A stretch of 63,784 bases of DNA, the filler included, from Lenisia limosa (lineage: Eukaryota; Protista; Breviatea): the NCBI GenBank assembly GCA_001655205.1. It is 9 parts of 9 records of this genome, joined end to end, with 100 filler letters (N's around TTAATTAATTAA, not from the genome) between each part and the next. Parts side by side here need not be neighbours in the genome. Positions count along the whole stretch, not along the records: positions 33,269 to 40,916 come from LPNZ01006971.1; positions 41,017 to 51,198 come from LPNZ01011031.1; 7 more parts are not named here. One strand, given 5' to 3'. The notes below the pieces were generated by a model that searched no databases, was not told the DNA's origin, and worked only from the letters and a program-made list of their open reading frames with translations. Shown one piece after another: positions 36,301-50,000 of this stretch. How positions within the stretch are numbered: position 1 is the first letter of the stretch; each line of letters begins with the position of its first letter. Made by a program: the position numbers and the translations under genes.

Positions 36301-39300
36301 AAACCTAAATAAGATATCATATGTATACATTCAGTATATCAGATGTTCAACATTGTTGCGCATTTGCCTCATTTTCGAAGGGAGCCAATTCAAAACATCA
36401 ACAATCGCCTGTTGTGCCTGAAGATTATCCTTGGTGCCTTGCTGCTGCCTTGCAAACCCGTGATACCTCCAGGTTGGGACTGTTTTGGGTGCCTTTTTGA
36501 AATTAGTGTGGTTTCATCTAGTTTATCAATTAGTATATTACGTTCAATCGGTTTTCTTTCCCATTGCATCTCATGTTTCATCCCTTTTCTTCTCCATCTC
36601 ATCTCCCACCCAGATACAAGCCCGGCAGCCCTCCCCGCCTCNNNNNNNNNNNNNNNNNNNNNNNNNNNNNNNNNNNNNNNNNNNNNNNNGGCCAAGCGCC
36701 TTGCCCACTCCGTCCTCACCCCTGGTAACAACCTCCCCGCCCCTGACCCTGACCTGTCCCCCAATGAGGCACCGCGAGGGTCCCAACCGTCTACGCCGCC
36801 GGAGGGCCAGACGTCACCGTTGACAGCAAGGTTGGTCTGTTAAGCTTCTACTATTTCAGATCAAGGAACTTGCATATGGCCGTATTGGTTGGAAACATAC
36901 CGAGCAGTTATCATTTCATTTGCAATGTATATTTGTTCTTTTGAAAGAAGAATTTGGCCAAGTTAATCCTATCAACCCCACGACACATTTCCAGCATTTA
37001 CGACATTCTTCATAATTGTTTAGTGATGAAAAGCGGCGCTCTGCTGCCGAAGAAGGTTGGTCTTGTTCTAGCATTTGCGTCTTTGTCTAGATATCAACTT
37101 TTTTTTTTTTTAGATACAATATATCATTTCTCATTTCACCTTCAGAGTATTACGACGACACTCCCGTCACGCTGGAGGAAGCTGCGTTGGGAACCGGTCA
37201 CAGGGCCTTCTCAAGAGCGTCATCCTTCACGACCGAAAACGTAAGGATGGTAGTTTTATCTATATTAGGCATGTCCAATCATCCTAAAAATATCAGATAC
37301 TATTTCAAAAACGTTAATAATAGCCTTACCAAATTAGGCATGTGGCAGTACTGGAGAGTACAGCGAGGGTACCGGGAGCTGGGCCGAAGACAATTGGTCT
37401 GAAGCGGGCCATTTGTCAAACGAGTCGAACTTCTCATCTCCATACCAGGTCGGCTGCAAGATAAAACGGTGCTATGACATACCCTCGAGCTTGGTTGTAG
37501 TTATTTTGAGATTTAAAATATGATATTAGTGGGTCTAACGTAAATTAACAATCCCTCTCGCAGCTTTTCCAGGACCGTGAGTCGCCGCAGTCTCTAGAGT
37601 CGCGTCTGTGCGCATTAGCGACATGCCAATCATTGGTGTCTTCACCTGACGGCAGCGGCATCACACCTCTGGGCCTGGCGGTGGTGAGAGATCGAGTGGA
37701 CGAGGTGGTTCTACTCACCCAAGCAGGGGCTGACCCTAATCAGCCGACCTACTTGGTGGGTTTGGACCCTTTGCTGGGATTTACCGGTTTATACATATAC
37801 ATGTGATATAATTAACCCCCCCCCCCGNNNNNNNNNNNNNNNNNNNNNNNNNNNNNNNNNNNNNNNNNNNNNNNNNNNNNNNNNNNNNNNNNNNNNNNNN
37901 NNNNNNNNNNNNNNNNNNNNNNGTTGGCAGCTGTTCATCTGGCCAGTACAGCAACGGTAGGATAGTGTACTGTTAAATGAGTTTAGAAGAGTAACCAAAA
38001 CATAACAACAATGTTTCCAGTACAATGGACATTTCAGGAGAAATTTGTTATTTAAACAATCCCTCTTGATATGCCTTTAATGTTGTGTTCAATTGTATTA
38101 ATTGAAGCGATACAACTTTAAACTCAATTTTAATTAATTCTGATTAGTATTGTATAAACACCTCTCACGAACTGCAGGTCCGAGCGCTGCTCGATGCCGG
38201 CGCCAACCCTTGTGACACAGGGGCCTTCCTGCTTCGTGTTGGCGGCGGACGGCGCCGTTGGGTGGGAGGTGTCAGTCCGTTGTACCTGGCCGTGCTGACT
38301 GACGAGGGCGATAAGGTACGTGACATGGCTTGCAACCTTTTTTATTCGCGATCGATCAGGATTTATCTTTCAATTTTGATAGATAGAGTGGGGAAATGGT
38401 ACTCATGGTGGCCCCTTTATCTTGATATGGACGTGTCATGTTTCTAGCAAGTAATTAAACAGAAAGCCTCTTCCCTATTTCAACACATTCCTGACCTGTT
38501 AGGTTGAAGAGTTGATACGGCGAGGAGTTGATGCAGACTGCTTGCCTCCCCTGTTGTCATGCAGTGGGCATGGGCTGTCTTTTGAATGTTGAGAGAGTTA
38601 CTATCTACGGGTTATTATTCGCTCTGTTTTGTTTTGCCATTAACCCCGCGTTTAGAAGGTACAATTCTGTCCGTAGCGCTTGTGAACGGCTTAAGCCCGC
38701 GAATAAGCATCAGGTGGGGGCATGGGGTAGGATCAAAACCCGAAGGTATCACTCTGAGGCTTCGTTTTCAAGCTGTTCTGTGCTTTCTGAAGATTCATGG
38801 CTCCTCTTGTTGACGTGGTTTTTGTTACTTTTGTTTTTATCAACCCTTGTGTGTTGTCGGCCAACAAAGTTGATTTGGCTTTTTTGTTTCATAAATTGTC
38901 CAATTTACCCCCCCCCCCTAGTCTCCNNNNNNNNNNNNNNNNNNNNNNNNNNNNNNNNNNNNNNNNNNNNNNNNNNNNNNNNNNNNNNNNNNNNNNNNNN
39001 NNNNNNNNNNNNNNNNNNNNNNNNNNNNNNNNNNNNNNNNNNNNNNGGATGGTTGGCTGGGCCTTGTCTTATTTGATCCTGTGATTCTAATGTTTTTAGA
39101 GATTTTCTTTGGGGGGAAATGTGCAATTGTATCATGTTATTATTTTTATATTTTCCCTATTTCCGCAATGCTAACACCACAGACTACACCTTCCTGCACC
39201 GTCTCTCGGCTCTACCCCTGGGTTGGCCCCTGGAGGCTTTGGAACACGTAGTGGAGGCGGCCGTATCGTCTGGTGGTGACCTGAGCGCCCTGGCTTGTGC

Positions 39301-40846
39301 CCATAGAGCATCGCCGCTCGAATGCGCTGTTCAGCTGGTGGGGTACTGATAACAATTGATGTTGTGGACGGCTTCGGCCATCACTTGTTTTTTATTCTAT
39401 TTGATTTCAATAATTTCAAGTGTGGGAATGTGTGTTTCAGGGGGTGACCGGGCGTACTAAGCCCTTCCTTTTTTTAAAAAAATAAGACTGTGATATTTTT
39501 CATTTCCCTTCCTCTTATGGTAACTTGTACAGTCACGATGGACGCCTGCCCAGGCCTTGGCGTACCACCACGCACCCGGCGTTTTTTCCTCAGTGGACGT
39601 GCATGCCATGGTGGGAATCATGGTTTTACAGTCACTTTGCAACACCACCTCAATTGCAACATATGTATATATATGTAGAGAACGGGGAGGGTATCAAGAG
39701 ACTCTTCAAAGGCTCGGCTTGTTTTTTTTTTTGTGTGTTTTTGTCTGGCTTTTGTCTAGTTTAAGCGTTGGTTGCACTTGTTTGTTATTGCTTGCTTTTT
39801 TGTTTGGTTGTTTGGAGTTTCAGATTATTCAATCTACGTTGCATGTGTGTATGTGTTTATCTCCAGTATTCAATCTACGTAGCAAGTGTGTCTGTTGCAA
39901 CGTAGATTGAATACTGGAGATAAACACATACGCACATGCAACGTAGATTGAATACTGGAGATAAACTATTCGGTTCGTGATTAGTACCTTTACGCCAATA
40001 CTCTTCATCAAAATTTCCATCGTTTCACCCCCCCCCTCCCCTAGCTCTAGTTTAGCCATTAGATGGTTTTTGTTTTTGTTTCCTTGACCCCACAGCCTCC
40101 CGTTGTCCGCTCGGCCCTCAACTACAGCTCGAACGTCGTGATTCTGCTATCGCCAAGCCCGCACCAAGACAGGCCACTCCACCTTGGCGACTCCATACGG
40201 CCGACGTTGACCGTATCAGCGGTGGGCAGTCTCTGTTGAAATATGGCTATTGGGATAAGGCAGTTACCGGCAGGCAGATGTTTATGTAATATTGATGAAA
40301 ATGTACTGTCCATTACCACAGCTGCTGGCTAGTGCTGCGGGTTGAAGAACTCTTTGGTCTTTTCGCTGGTAACAAACTCATGGTCGATATCTGATAAACA
40401 TGATGATGGGCTTCAGCCAGATTCTCTCAGTGTTTGCATCTGATAGTCGCAGGAAATTGAGACTCGAATTCCGCCAGCCGTTTCCTCCGCCACTCTCCCA
40501 CGCATTGTCCCAGGCTCCACGACTCCGTAAGGAGGGATCAAAGATATACACTGATATTTGCTGCTATATGAACACATTTGACTTGTTTAGTTCGGACCTT
40601 CTGTGTCTCAAGGCGGCTGTGAGGAAGCAAGGTGTCCCGTACCTCCCGCCCGAACCGTTGTTACTGAGAAAACCAAGGTGAGAGGCTTTGTGGATGGCAT
40701 GATGTTGTTCTTGAAATCACTAGGATTTTGTGAGATGGCTGAGCTTGAACTATTTGTAGTGCTCTTAACCAATTCTCAGGTCTATTTTGCATGCTATTGA
40801 GTGGGGAGTGCCGACAGTTGGTTTGCCCTTTCCTGATCTGAAGGTG
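33354..40846 (+). CDS. Large multi-exon ankyrin-repeat protein (both ends probably truncated)
   Basis: Exons RGLTLLHAATVQ|GDRGDLVRNLLEYGADPTVT, DHSGYTPLHYAARKA, GITPLGLAV...LLTQAGADPNQ, VRALLDAGANP, GVSPLYLAV, VEELIRRGVD. Confidence 0.82.
39831..39966. repeat. Foldback/hairpin insertion inside a family-A repeat
   Basis: ~58-bp near-perfect inverted arms (ATTCAATCTACGTTGCATGTG...) with an 11-nt loop; flanked by duplicated TATTC. Confidence 0.85.
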
Positions 40847-41108
40847 GGTGTCTTTTGGGATTATTAAGGAAAATAGGACCCACTCGATATACTGAATATG
40901 GATATATTGGGTTATTNNNNNNNNNNNNNNNNNNNNNNNNNNNNNNNNNNNNNNNNNNNNTTAATTAATTAANNNNNNNNNNNNNNNNNNNNNNNNNNNN
41001 NNNNNNNNNNNNNNNNCCAACAAGAATTCCAAATACAAGAAAGAAGAATAAACAAAGCTGAAAATTTTGAGGATTTAATCAAGACTTACCTCAGGAGACA
41101 AATGAATA

Positions 41109-43830
41109 TTATGACCGTGTCATTTCCAGACAAGGGTTTGAAGGCCTGCTGCTCATCTCAACAGACTTTCGACGATGGGCTTGAATATAGGTAGGTATTG
41201 AGAACATTGCGGGATTTGAGACTCCTTCACATTTGTACAGCGACTCAGCATCGCCTTCAATGACTTCAATAGATGGGGGAAACACATTGGGGTCACATCC
41301 AGGATCGTCGAATTCGGGGCTCCAACCATCAATTCTATCCAAAGCCGATTTGAACCACGCGCCTATCGCTGGAAGATGATGTTTTGAGGTGCCGTTTTCT
41401 TGATTTTCCTTGGCCTTGCTTGATATATCATCACCTCCCAGAATATAATGGCTTGTTACCATTTCACCTGCAAGAGATAGGACAGTCAGACATGAGACAT
41501 GAGGGTTTCCTTCAAAATCTTCAAAGAATTTGCCCATGAATGCAGTCTCATCCGAAAACAGTATTTGACTTGGAGAAAGGGACACATTGGGGGTAGAATC
41601 TAGGTAGGCAGCTGAGAGAACTCGTCCTTCATTGCTCGTGATTTTTGGTACTTTTCAACAATAGACTCAATCTCTTGCAAACCAATTTTCACGGGTTCAC
41701 TGAAGCTTTCGAAAGCAGTGGCTCTTACAGACTGCCTGCCGAGCTTTGTCCGACGGCTATGACGAAGATGGTAAGAAACTCTTACATGATTGACTCCGTT
41801 TTAGATCCTTCTTTGAATATCAACCAAGATCTTTTGCCAATGCTTGAGATAAGTAGATTGAAATGATAGATTCTCTTGCGAAAAATAGCTTCCATTCACA
41901 CAGCTTTTTCATCAGCATCCAGTCCATCAGAGCATTCACACCCCTTCTTAATATATTTCATCGCCCTGAGTAACTGATTGTATACTCTTCCATTGAACAT
42001 GGTGTATTCAACCTATAATAAATTATAATAACTAATCACATACCCAATACTAGGTAACACATTTCCTACCTGGCATTTTCTCTGACGATTGCTGTCCATA
42101 GACGATGTATGCAGAGAATCCTTCAAGATATTATAAGCCGTACTTCTCTTTGAAGCCATTTTGCTGTGAAAGATGAGCGACAACTTTGGCGTCAATACAC
42201 AGTCCTTTCTAATGGAGTTAAAACAGAAATATTGACAAACGGAATGCATTTCTTTGATTTTCAACACTGTTTTCCTCCTCTTTTGGTCAATTTTCTTCCA
42301 GGTGTAAGGTTATGAATGTCATTCCCCTTCCCTTGATTGTAAAATACATAACATAACTCACACTAACCTTCTTTATAACGCTCAAAAGCTCGTTTAAAAG
42401 TTTCACGGTGAATTGGTGGAAGAGTTAGTTCATCATTTGCATCATCATAATGTTGTACGTCAGGGATATATTGAGTAAATTTTGAAAGAAATCATTTTGA
42501 CTGAAAAGGGTGAATGGGTGTACCAAATATGATAAATGTACTCTTACATTAGTACTTGCTGCCAAGGCAAGAGCATCTTCATCTTTCTGCACTGTGCTAA
42601 AAGATACGCTTGTTGTACGTTATCAGGTATATCAGTCCACTTTTCGTATCGGCCAACATGCTGATCCAAAGTGATTATCTCCTGGAAGTTTTACGAGATA
42701 GCTCAACAGAACAGCAAATTTACTGTAAACCAACCTCATAAACGTGTTCTCCAGCGAATTCTGCGTTTCCAAGTGTGTTACTTTATNNNNNNNNNNCGAT
42801 CGTTTTCAAAAAAAGTTTTGTGAAAAGGCAACTGGGTGACCCTGGTTCAGTTCATTTGTGCGAAATTAGATTTAACCTAGGGTTTGAGTCCCAGACATGT
42901 AATTTTTATTTTTATTATTATTATTCCTGCAGTTTTCGGTGGTTTTTTTCTTTTTTTCTCTTTGAAACAAAATGTCTTTTTTAGTTATCATTGGGAACAT
43001 TGACTTTGCATATTCAACGGCTTAGTTGCAAATTTGTAGGTGTTTTAGCTGTTGTAATGAGTAGTTATGCTTCCATCTTTACCAATTTTTTTAAAAAACA
43101 CAGATTTCGAAAAAAACACAGATAAATGGACGGTGGATATCCTGATGTTAAACATAGCTGACCGCTCAGATGGTATCTAGCCCTTTTGTGGCAAGTGTTG
43201 GTGCTGTACCTCTCTTTCTGGGTTCTTTCCTCCCGAAAATCCAAGGCTTCTGTCTCGGCTTCGAACCTCACGAGGCCCTTCCATTTCCTTGATGTAAGAT
43301 GGCGGGAACATATTAAAGAAATATCTTGATCTTTACATTGACATTATCTGATCAACAGTATCAACAGTTTCCACCTCTCTCATGTTTTTTTCCTTTTTCA
43401 TGGTTGTATGTGATTGTGTTTTATCAACTGTTACACTTTATTACACCAAGGTCAAACAAAAATTCTCCAAAAAGTATTTGCAGAAAGTTCTAGTAGTTTA
43501 AAATGAAAGGGGCACTGATTAATGATGACAGGTATTTATTTAAAAGCCGAATGATATGTACATTTTCACGGTGCAGTGGATTGGGAACTTTTGGCAGCGG
43601 CGATCCGACGTCAAAATTATGGACACTGTGGCTACTGAACAACATCGACTGGTCGATAAAATGTTCATTTCTGACTCAGGTACAATCCTAATGCAATGCA
43701 ATGAAGTCCCCTGAAAGCTATTTTCTCTTTCCATGTCCACTCTTCCAGCTTTATTTCTCAGAAAACGGCCTTCTCAGCGCGTCACCCATGCACTATACTC
43801 TTGTGGCCCTCTTCTTCAGTACGCCCTGGA
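41109..43830 (-). pseudogene. Coding-like multi-exon locus with in-frame stops and irreconcilable exon phases (unidentified; possibly decayed TE-derived)
   Basis: Protein-like stretches (QYIPDVQHYDDANDELTLPPIHRETFKRAFERYKE; YTWKKIDQKRRK...KCQ|VEYTMFNGRVYNQLLRAMKY; ORF 41109-41585) are interrupted by TGA at 42492-42494 and 41896-41898 and by frame switches without usable GT-AG. Confidence 0.4.
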
Positions 43831-44077
43831 CTTGTAATAGATAAAGACGAAATAGTTCTTTTTAAATCCCAATCATTTCTATCAAGGAGGATCACGTATA
43901 AATTAAGTTGAAATGCAAATGAAGGGTGAATGAGAGTGGTGTGGACGGCTAGACAACCTTGTTTTATTTCTCATCTCTATATTATATCATTTTTCACCCA
44001 ATTATTTTCTCAATAAATCTTCCCGCTTATTGTCTATAGTTGTCGTGTTTGGTGAGAGACTAGCCCCTATATTCCCA

Positions 44078-47000
44078 ATGGCGTCACAAACACCGCCCGT
44101 CTTCTCGTTCCTATTCTTTGTCCTGCTGATTGCTGAAACCGTTGCAGTCACTTCAGTAGGCAATTAACATATAATACTACTACATTGTTGGATAAATTTT
44201 CACATCATTTGTGGATACGGAACATAAGTTTTGAATTTGACATAATAAACCGTACAAAGCATACTTAGTCACCTTGTAAAAGGTAGTCACACGCCTTACA
44301 AAGCGAGCATCTTTACTCCACCCACACCTTAGTCCTCAAATATGACAATTCAGGCCTGTTCTCGGTACCAGTTGCTGACGTGGGCGTTGGAGGAGATTAA
44401 CCCACTTTGCATTGTACTGGCTACTGAGGATCAGGCCAAACAAAACAGTGAGCATACGGCAATTGATTCCGTAAATCAATACTCTTTTATATTAAATCTG
44501 ATTCAGCTGATGGTGTTGACGGCTTTGGCAGATACCCCTTTTCTAATCATTTCACCCCCCTCATTCAGTACATTTCAATCATTTCACCCCCCTCATTCAG
44601 TACACTTCAATCATTTCACCCACAGATTGTCATCTGGTTTTGTCAAGTTTTAACGTTTGTTGCTTTTTGTGTTTGTTTGTTTGGAGTTTCAGATTATTCG
44701 GTTCATGGTAGTACCTTTACACCNNNNNNNNNNNNNNNNNNNNNNNNNNNNNNNNNNNNNNNNNNNNNNNNNNNNNNNNNNNNNNNNNNNNNNNNNNNCT
44801 TGGTGGTGGCGGCGGCCGCGGATCCGTAACCATCAGCAACCTTGTGGTGACAGTAGTTCTGCCGTCAGTGAATGAGGAGAAGCAGGAGCCTCGGGTGAAG
44901 ACCCCACTTTTCCAACCCACGCGGCCGTCAAGTCCCTGCGATATTGTGGTGGGGTATAACGAAATACTAATATATGTGTGGGTATAGTAATAATAAATGG
45001 GTCGGGTGTATATTTGGCTCATCTAAAAAGGGGGTGGCATCTGTAGTTAAACAAATAATAAAAAGTAATAAAAGTGGTATTTTTATGAACAAAATTGAAA
45101 AAATATATGATAATTTTTACTTGGCGATATTCGGGGGTGTATGTCTTTGAGGGGAGGATTGAAGGGTATAATAATGGAGCAATTTGGGGGATAGTTCTTC
45201 CGAATTGTTTCTTGCTTTCATCCCACCACCCCTTCCCTTATGTTGTCCCAAATTCTTACATGTCAGTTCTTATTTTGGGTTTTCTGTGTTTCATAAGTTG
45301 TCTATTTTTACCCCCCACCCCACCCAGGAACTTGACGAAACCTCTACCACGCACAGCCAATCACCCGAAGAGTCAGCCACGCGACCGCGGTCAAACTCGG
45401 CCTCGTCNNNNNNNNNNNNNNNNNNNNNNNNNNNNNNNNNNNNNNNNNNNNNNNNNNNNNNNNNNNNNNNNNNNNNNNNNNNGCCTCAACCGATCCGCTT
45501 CCTTCAGCACAGGGTCCAGACATCACCGTGCATCAAGTCGAAACTCTGCCGATCTCACGCGATCACCAGCCACATTCACACAGTCTCCGCATCTCTCCAC
45601 AGACTACAGTATGAGCCGTCTGCTCAGCCCCGCACCGCCCATCCAAGCCCCTCCCGTGCCGGCCCTCAACCTCTCCCGGCTGCCAAATAAGGATACGCCG
45701 CCGGTAAGTGAGTTTAAAGAGGTTGGGATCATGGAGGCTCTCTCGCTTCCGCTGCCGTTGCCATCTTTGCGCGAACACAGTACACGCCAAGATATGCGCG
45801 TAGCAGTGTTTAATAAGAAGGAAGAGAAACCGCGGATACAGACCGATTTTGAAGACAACAGCTGGAGAGGCACGGTGTTGGCAGCCTCTGCTAAACCCGA
45901 GCCGAGAGGCAAAAAAGGTTCACGGGTGAATTGTTATGATGGGGCTGTATTGGTTGTCGTTGATTATGGGTCATTATTTATTTAACAGCAGCAGTTATAT
46001 TTTGAGTCATGGCTTTTGAGCAAACTGTTTTTTCTTCATTATCGGTTCCGTGAGTCTCAGGATATTGACAACACAGGGCAGGACAAGGAGAAAATGCTGC
46101 TAGGACTTAATGCAGAATCCATGTTTTCGCTCATGCAGGTATGGGAGTCTTCTGGCGGGCTATCTTTTTAGCTTCACTTCGGTTTGAAAAAGTCCCTATC
46201 GATAGTTTTCGAGGATTTATCGAGAAATTCTGACTTTTTTCGAACCGAAATGAAACCCTAGATATCTCTCACCAAATGTCACACAGCAGAAAGAGGTGTC
46301 AACATCTTTTAGGACAATCTGTTTAATCGGGAAACGGTACAATATAAATATCGAGTATTTTGAGTAGCCAATTGTTTTGTTCACCCCCCTCCCCCCAGGT
46401 TGAAAATGAAGAGTCAGTGACTGACCCGATTTCGTTTACTCTGGAGCGGGGAAAGGGAATTTGCCTTGTTGGAACCTGGTGAGGCAATGGCTGTAGGGCT
46501 TCACTTCGGTTCGAAAAGACTGGATTTCTCGATGAATCCTCGAATACTACCGATTTTTTACCCTCTTTTTCGGACCGTTGTGAAGCCTTAGATGGCTGGA
46601 AATGATACGCATAGTATATGGTATCTGTACAGGATTTTGAGGGAAATGATATAGCATATCATATCCAAGCTCGTTATTTTAGGGATCTTTACACCCATTT
46701 CACCAACACTTCCAGGGAGCCTTACGCGGTTGTTGATGCGCTTCTGCAGTTAAGCCAGCCAACATCAGGAGACATCACGGTCGACAATGATGACTTAATG
46801 TCTATGCCACCGAAAACATGGAGGAGAGAGGTCGCGTGGATCTCTTCCAACCCAGTATGTTGGGCCGTCTGAGTTTCTGTATGTTGGGCCCGTCTGAGTT
46901 TCTGAGAGTTGCTCGATTGTGAAATTTTTTTCCTCTGAGGTTTTTTTTTCCGCAATACTCATTCAGGTTAAGCATATTGTCAATATTCCAGACTTTATCC

Positions 47001-50000
47001 TGTCTCACATTCCAGATTTACCTTGCCTAATATTCCAGACTTTACCGTGGTGGTGCAACGTTCGTGATGCCCTGACTTATGGACTTGAGAACACCTTCCT
47101 TGGTGGGCTTGTGGACTGTTATGTGGCTTGATACAAGATTATGCGGAGGTTTTCACTTCAACAAATGAATGGTGTTTGGGGAACGCAGATAGTGAGATAG
47201 TATTCAGTGATCCTAGTAAGTGTAATGCGATTTCCTTTTACCAAATTTAGTGTATAGTAATTAAAAAATAATAAGTAGACGTTATATTATTTGTCCTTTA
47301 CCCCACAGACGCGGAACTGCTTTTTGCTGCTCGTGAGGCCATGGCTGAGGCCTTCATCGTTGGCCTTGAGCACGGCCTGGATTCCAATGTCTCGTCACTA
47401 ACTCTGTAGGGGCGGTGTTGTTTGTTGAAAGTTGTTTTGGTAATTGTTTGATATGTCTTATTAAGAAGGAATAAATTCCCGTAGTTCGCAAAAATGAATC
47501 CTTAATAACCTTGTTAACAGATCGCAACGAATGCGACTGTCCATTGCATGCGGCATTCTGAGAAGCCCCTCCCTCGTCATCATTGAACAGGTTCATGATA
47601 GCACCGTTATTGATAGCAGTGGGAGGAGGGACGTGAACTCACCACAATGGCTCCAATCTTATTAAGGGTTATTGTCTTGTTATTAGGATTATTATCTTGT
47701 TATTAGTCCATATTTTTAGTATCATATGTCATGATCTGATTCATCCATCATCCTCACACCCCCTCTTAATTACCCCAGACACATGGTCCATGTACAACGA
47801 TGCCCTCGACCGGTTATGTGTCGGCAGACTTGTGGTCCGTATCGCCCAGCCCAATGGCGAGGAGCCGCCGCCTGGTTTCGAGACCATTGTTTTTGATGAT
47901 GGCCGTCTTTTGTCAGACCCTGAGTTGGATATGATGCAGTACAGTCCTAACGATCTTGAGCCGCAGCGTTCGGTGTTCGGACTTTCGGCCAGTAACGATA
48001 GTGTTGGCGGAATGGGGGTGCTTTCTATTGAGCTTCATGAAGAATTGATGATTAAGCAGAGTAATCTAGGTCACATGTGGTGATTGCATGAAGAAATTCC
48101 CACTTTTCTGGACTAGGTATATTGATAAAGATCTTCGAATCCGTCCAATCCATTATCACCATTGCAGCACTGCAACCTTTCGCAATCAATGAGAAACACT
48201 ACCCTTGACAATTCGGTATGATATTAGGCGTAATAATTGATATCCTGTTGTACGATATAGTCTTGCTGTAATTAGCTACTATGAATGTTAGGTGGCTCCC
48301 GTACTTATACCCTTGCAGTTTACCAAGCAATTCACATCGCTTCAAGCCGCCCTCTCAAGAGGCTCGTCACTAGGCGTGTTAAACAAGGGACGTTCACACG
48401 CCTCGCTGTTTGATAGTAGTGCAAGGCTTCAGGTCTGGGGGTATATGTTACTTGAGAAAATTATCTTCATTTGGCTTTTGGGTGGTGTACTTCTGGCTAT
48501 ATTCTATCATAGTATGTACTATATGATGAAAATATGTCAACCATCTAGCCTATATATTAATTATAGAGCCTAGTATTATACATGTATGTTAATCATATAA
48601 TCTAGTATTATATCATACTACTCTTTAATGTGATATATACACCTCTAATTTTGTGGATACTCCCCTGTTTTACATCTCATCTCTAAGTATCATACAATCT
48701 TGTTTCCTACTAACATTGACATTATGTCTGATTTTTCCTTTTGATCAATACCCCCCCAGGATATGAAATTCGGACAAGCAGCTTCGACCAGCGACTTTGA
48801 GGATGACGATTCCCCCATGACAAATAACTCTCCCATCACAACCACCCCGCTTAGGTTTGCAGCTCTCTTTTTGCTTGAGTTTCTGGAATTGCAAGAGTAA
48901 TTGTTCAAACACCCAGTTTCTTCCTTTCTGGCTCCCCATATATTGTGGTGATATTGTGAATAAACTAATGACTCTCTGAATGAAATATGATTCTCCTGTC
49001 ATGACTTATAAACGAATATAGAATTATACATTTACACAAAACAACCTTCTTATGTGCTTTTTCTGCTCTGCTTCTTCCAGAATTTATTCACTGTCTTATT
49101 TCTGTTAAAATAGGCATCCCCTTTTTTCAGTTGTTTCACCATTTGAACCTTAATGGGCAAAATAAAAAGGGTTATTCTAGAAACACAAATGTCTAACTGA
49201 GTTTACTACTTGTTTGCTGATATATTTCCCGTATACTCTGCATCTTACAAAATACACACGTCCATAACGGAAACCCCACAGAAAAAGCAGCAACAAGCTT
49301 CCACCCATGCCGCAGACTACCACCACAGCCTCAGCTGCAATGTCTACGTCTTTCAATGGAATGGACATGTCAAATCTGCATCGACATAATTCACTGGGAC
49401 ACATCTCTATGGTGGGCGTGGATGGGACACCTCTCCTTGGTGGCCGTGGATGGGACACCTTTCCTTGGTGAAATGAATATTAGTACTCCAACAAAGTGCA
49501 TGGGTTCTTCTGTGCCACCTATACACCGGTTACAGAGGGTGTGGAATAGCTGTACTCAAGAATAGTATGTTTTAAATGCCCACAATATGAAACCATTGAT
49601 TAAAAAGTAGTGTGAAGTACATTTACTGAATCATACATACATATGGTATACTTTTTTTTGGAAGAAAATGGAATGCATGGTGGTTGTCCATTATTATGAT
49701 TAGGGTAAAAAAAAAATACAGCACACAGTTGTCAGTTCCCGTGTGATATGACCACTTTAGCCCTTACGGAACCCCCCCGCCACCGCCCCGNNNNNNNNNN
49801 NNNNNNNNNNNNNNNNNNNNNNNNNNNNNNNNNNNNNNNNNNNNNNNNNNNNNNNNNNNNNNNNNNNNCCTCGAATTACGAAAGTACCTACACTGTAGGC
49901 TCTAGGAGGTGTTAAGTATTCTGTTACGTTAGCTATACTCTTGGTGATTCTATGATTGTGTTATTAAGAACGTTCCTTGCCTCATTAGCAATAACCACCT

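Noticed and set aside
36100-36310. Extremely AT-rich ATATTAAT-rich tract
   Set aside because: Intronic low-complexity sequence with no defined unit or structure.
49177-49458. Minus-strand ORF with a TM-like segment
   Set aside because: Overlaps a plus-strand exon whose phase fits the ABC-like gene, so it is a likely shadow.
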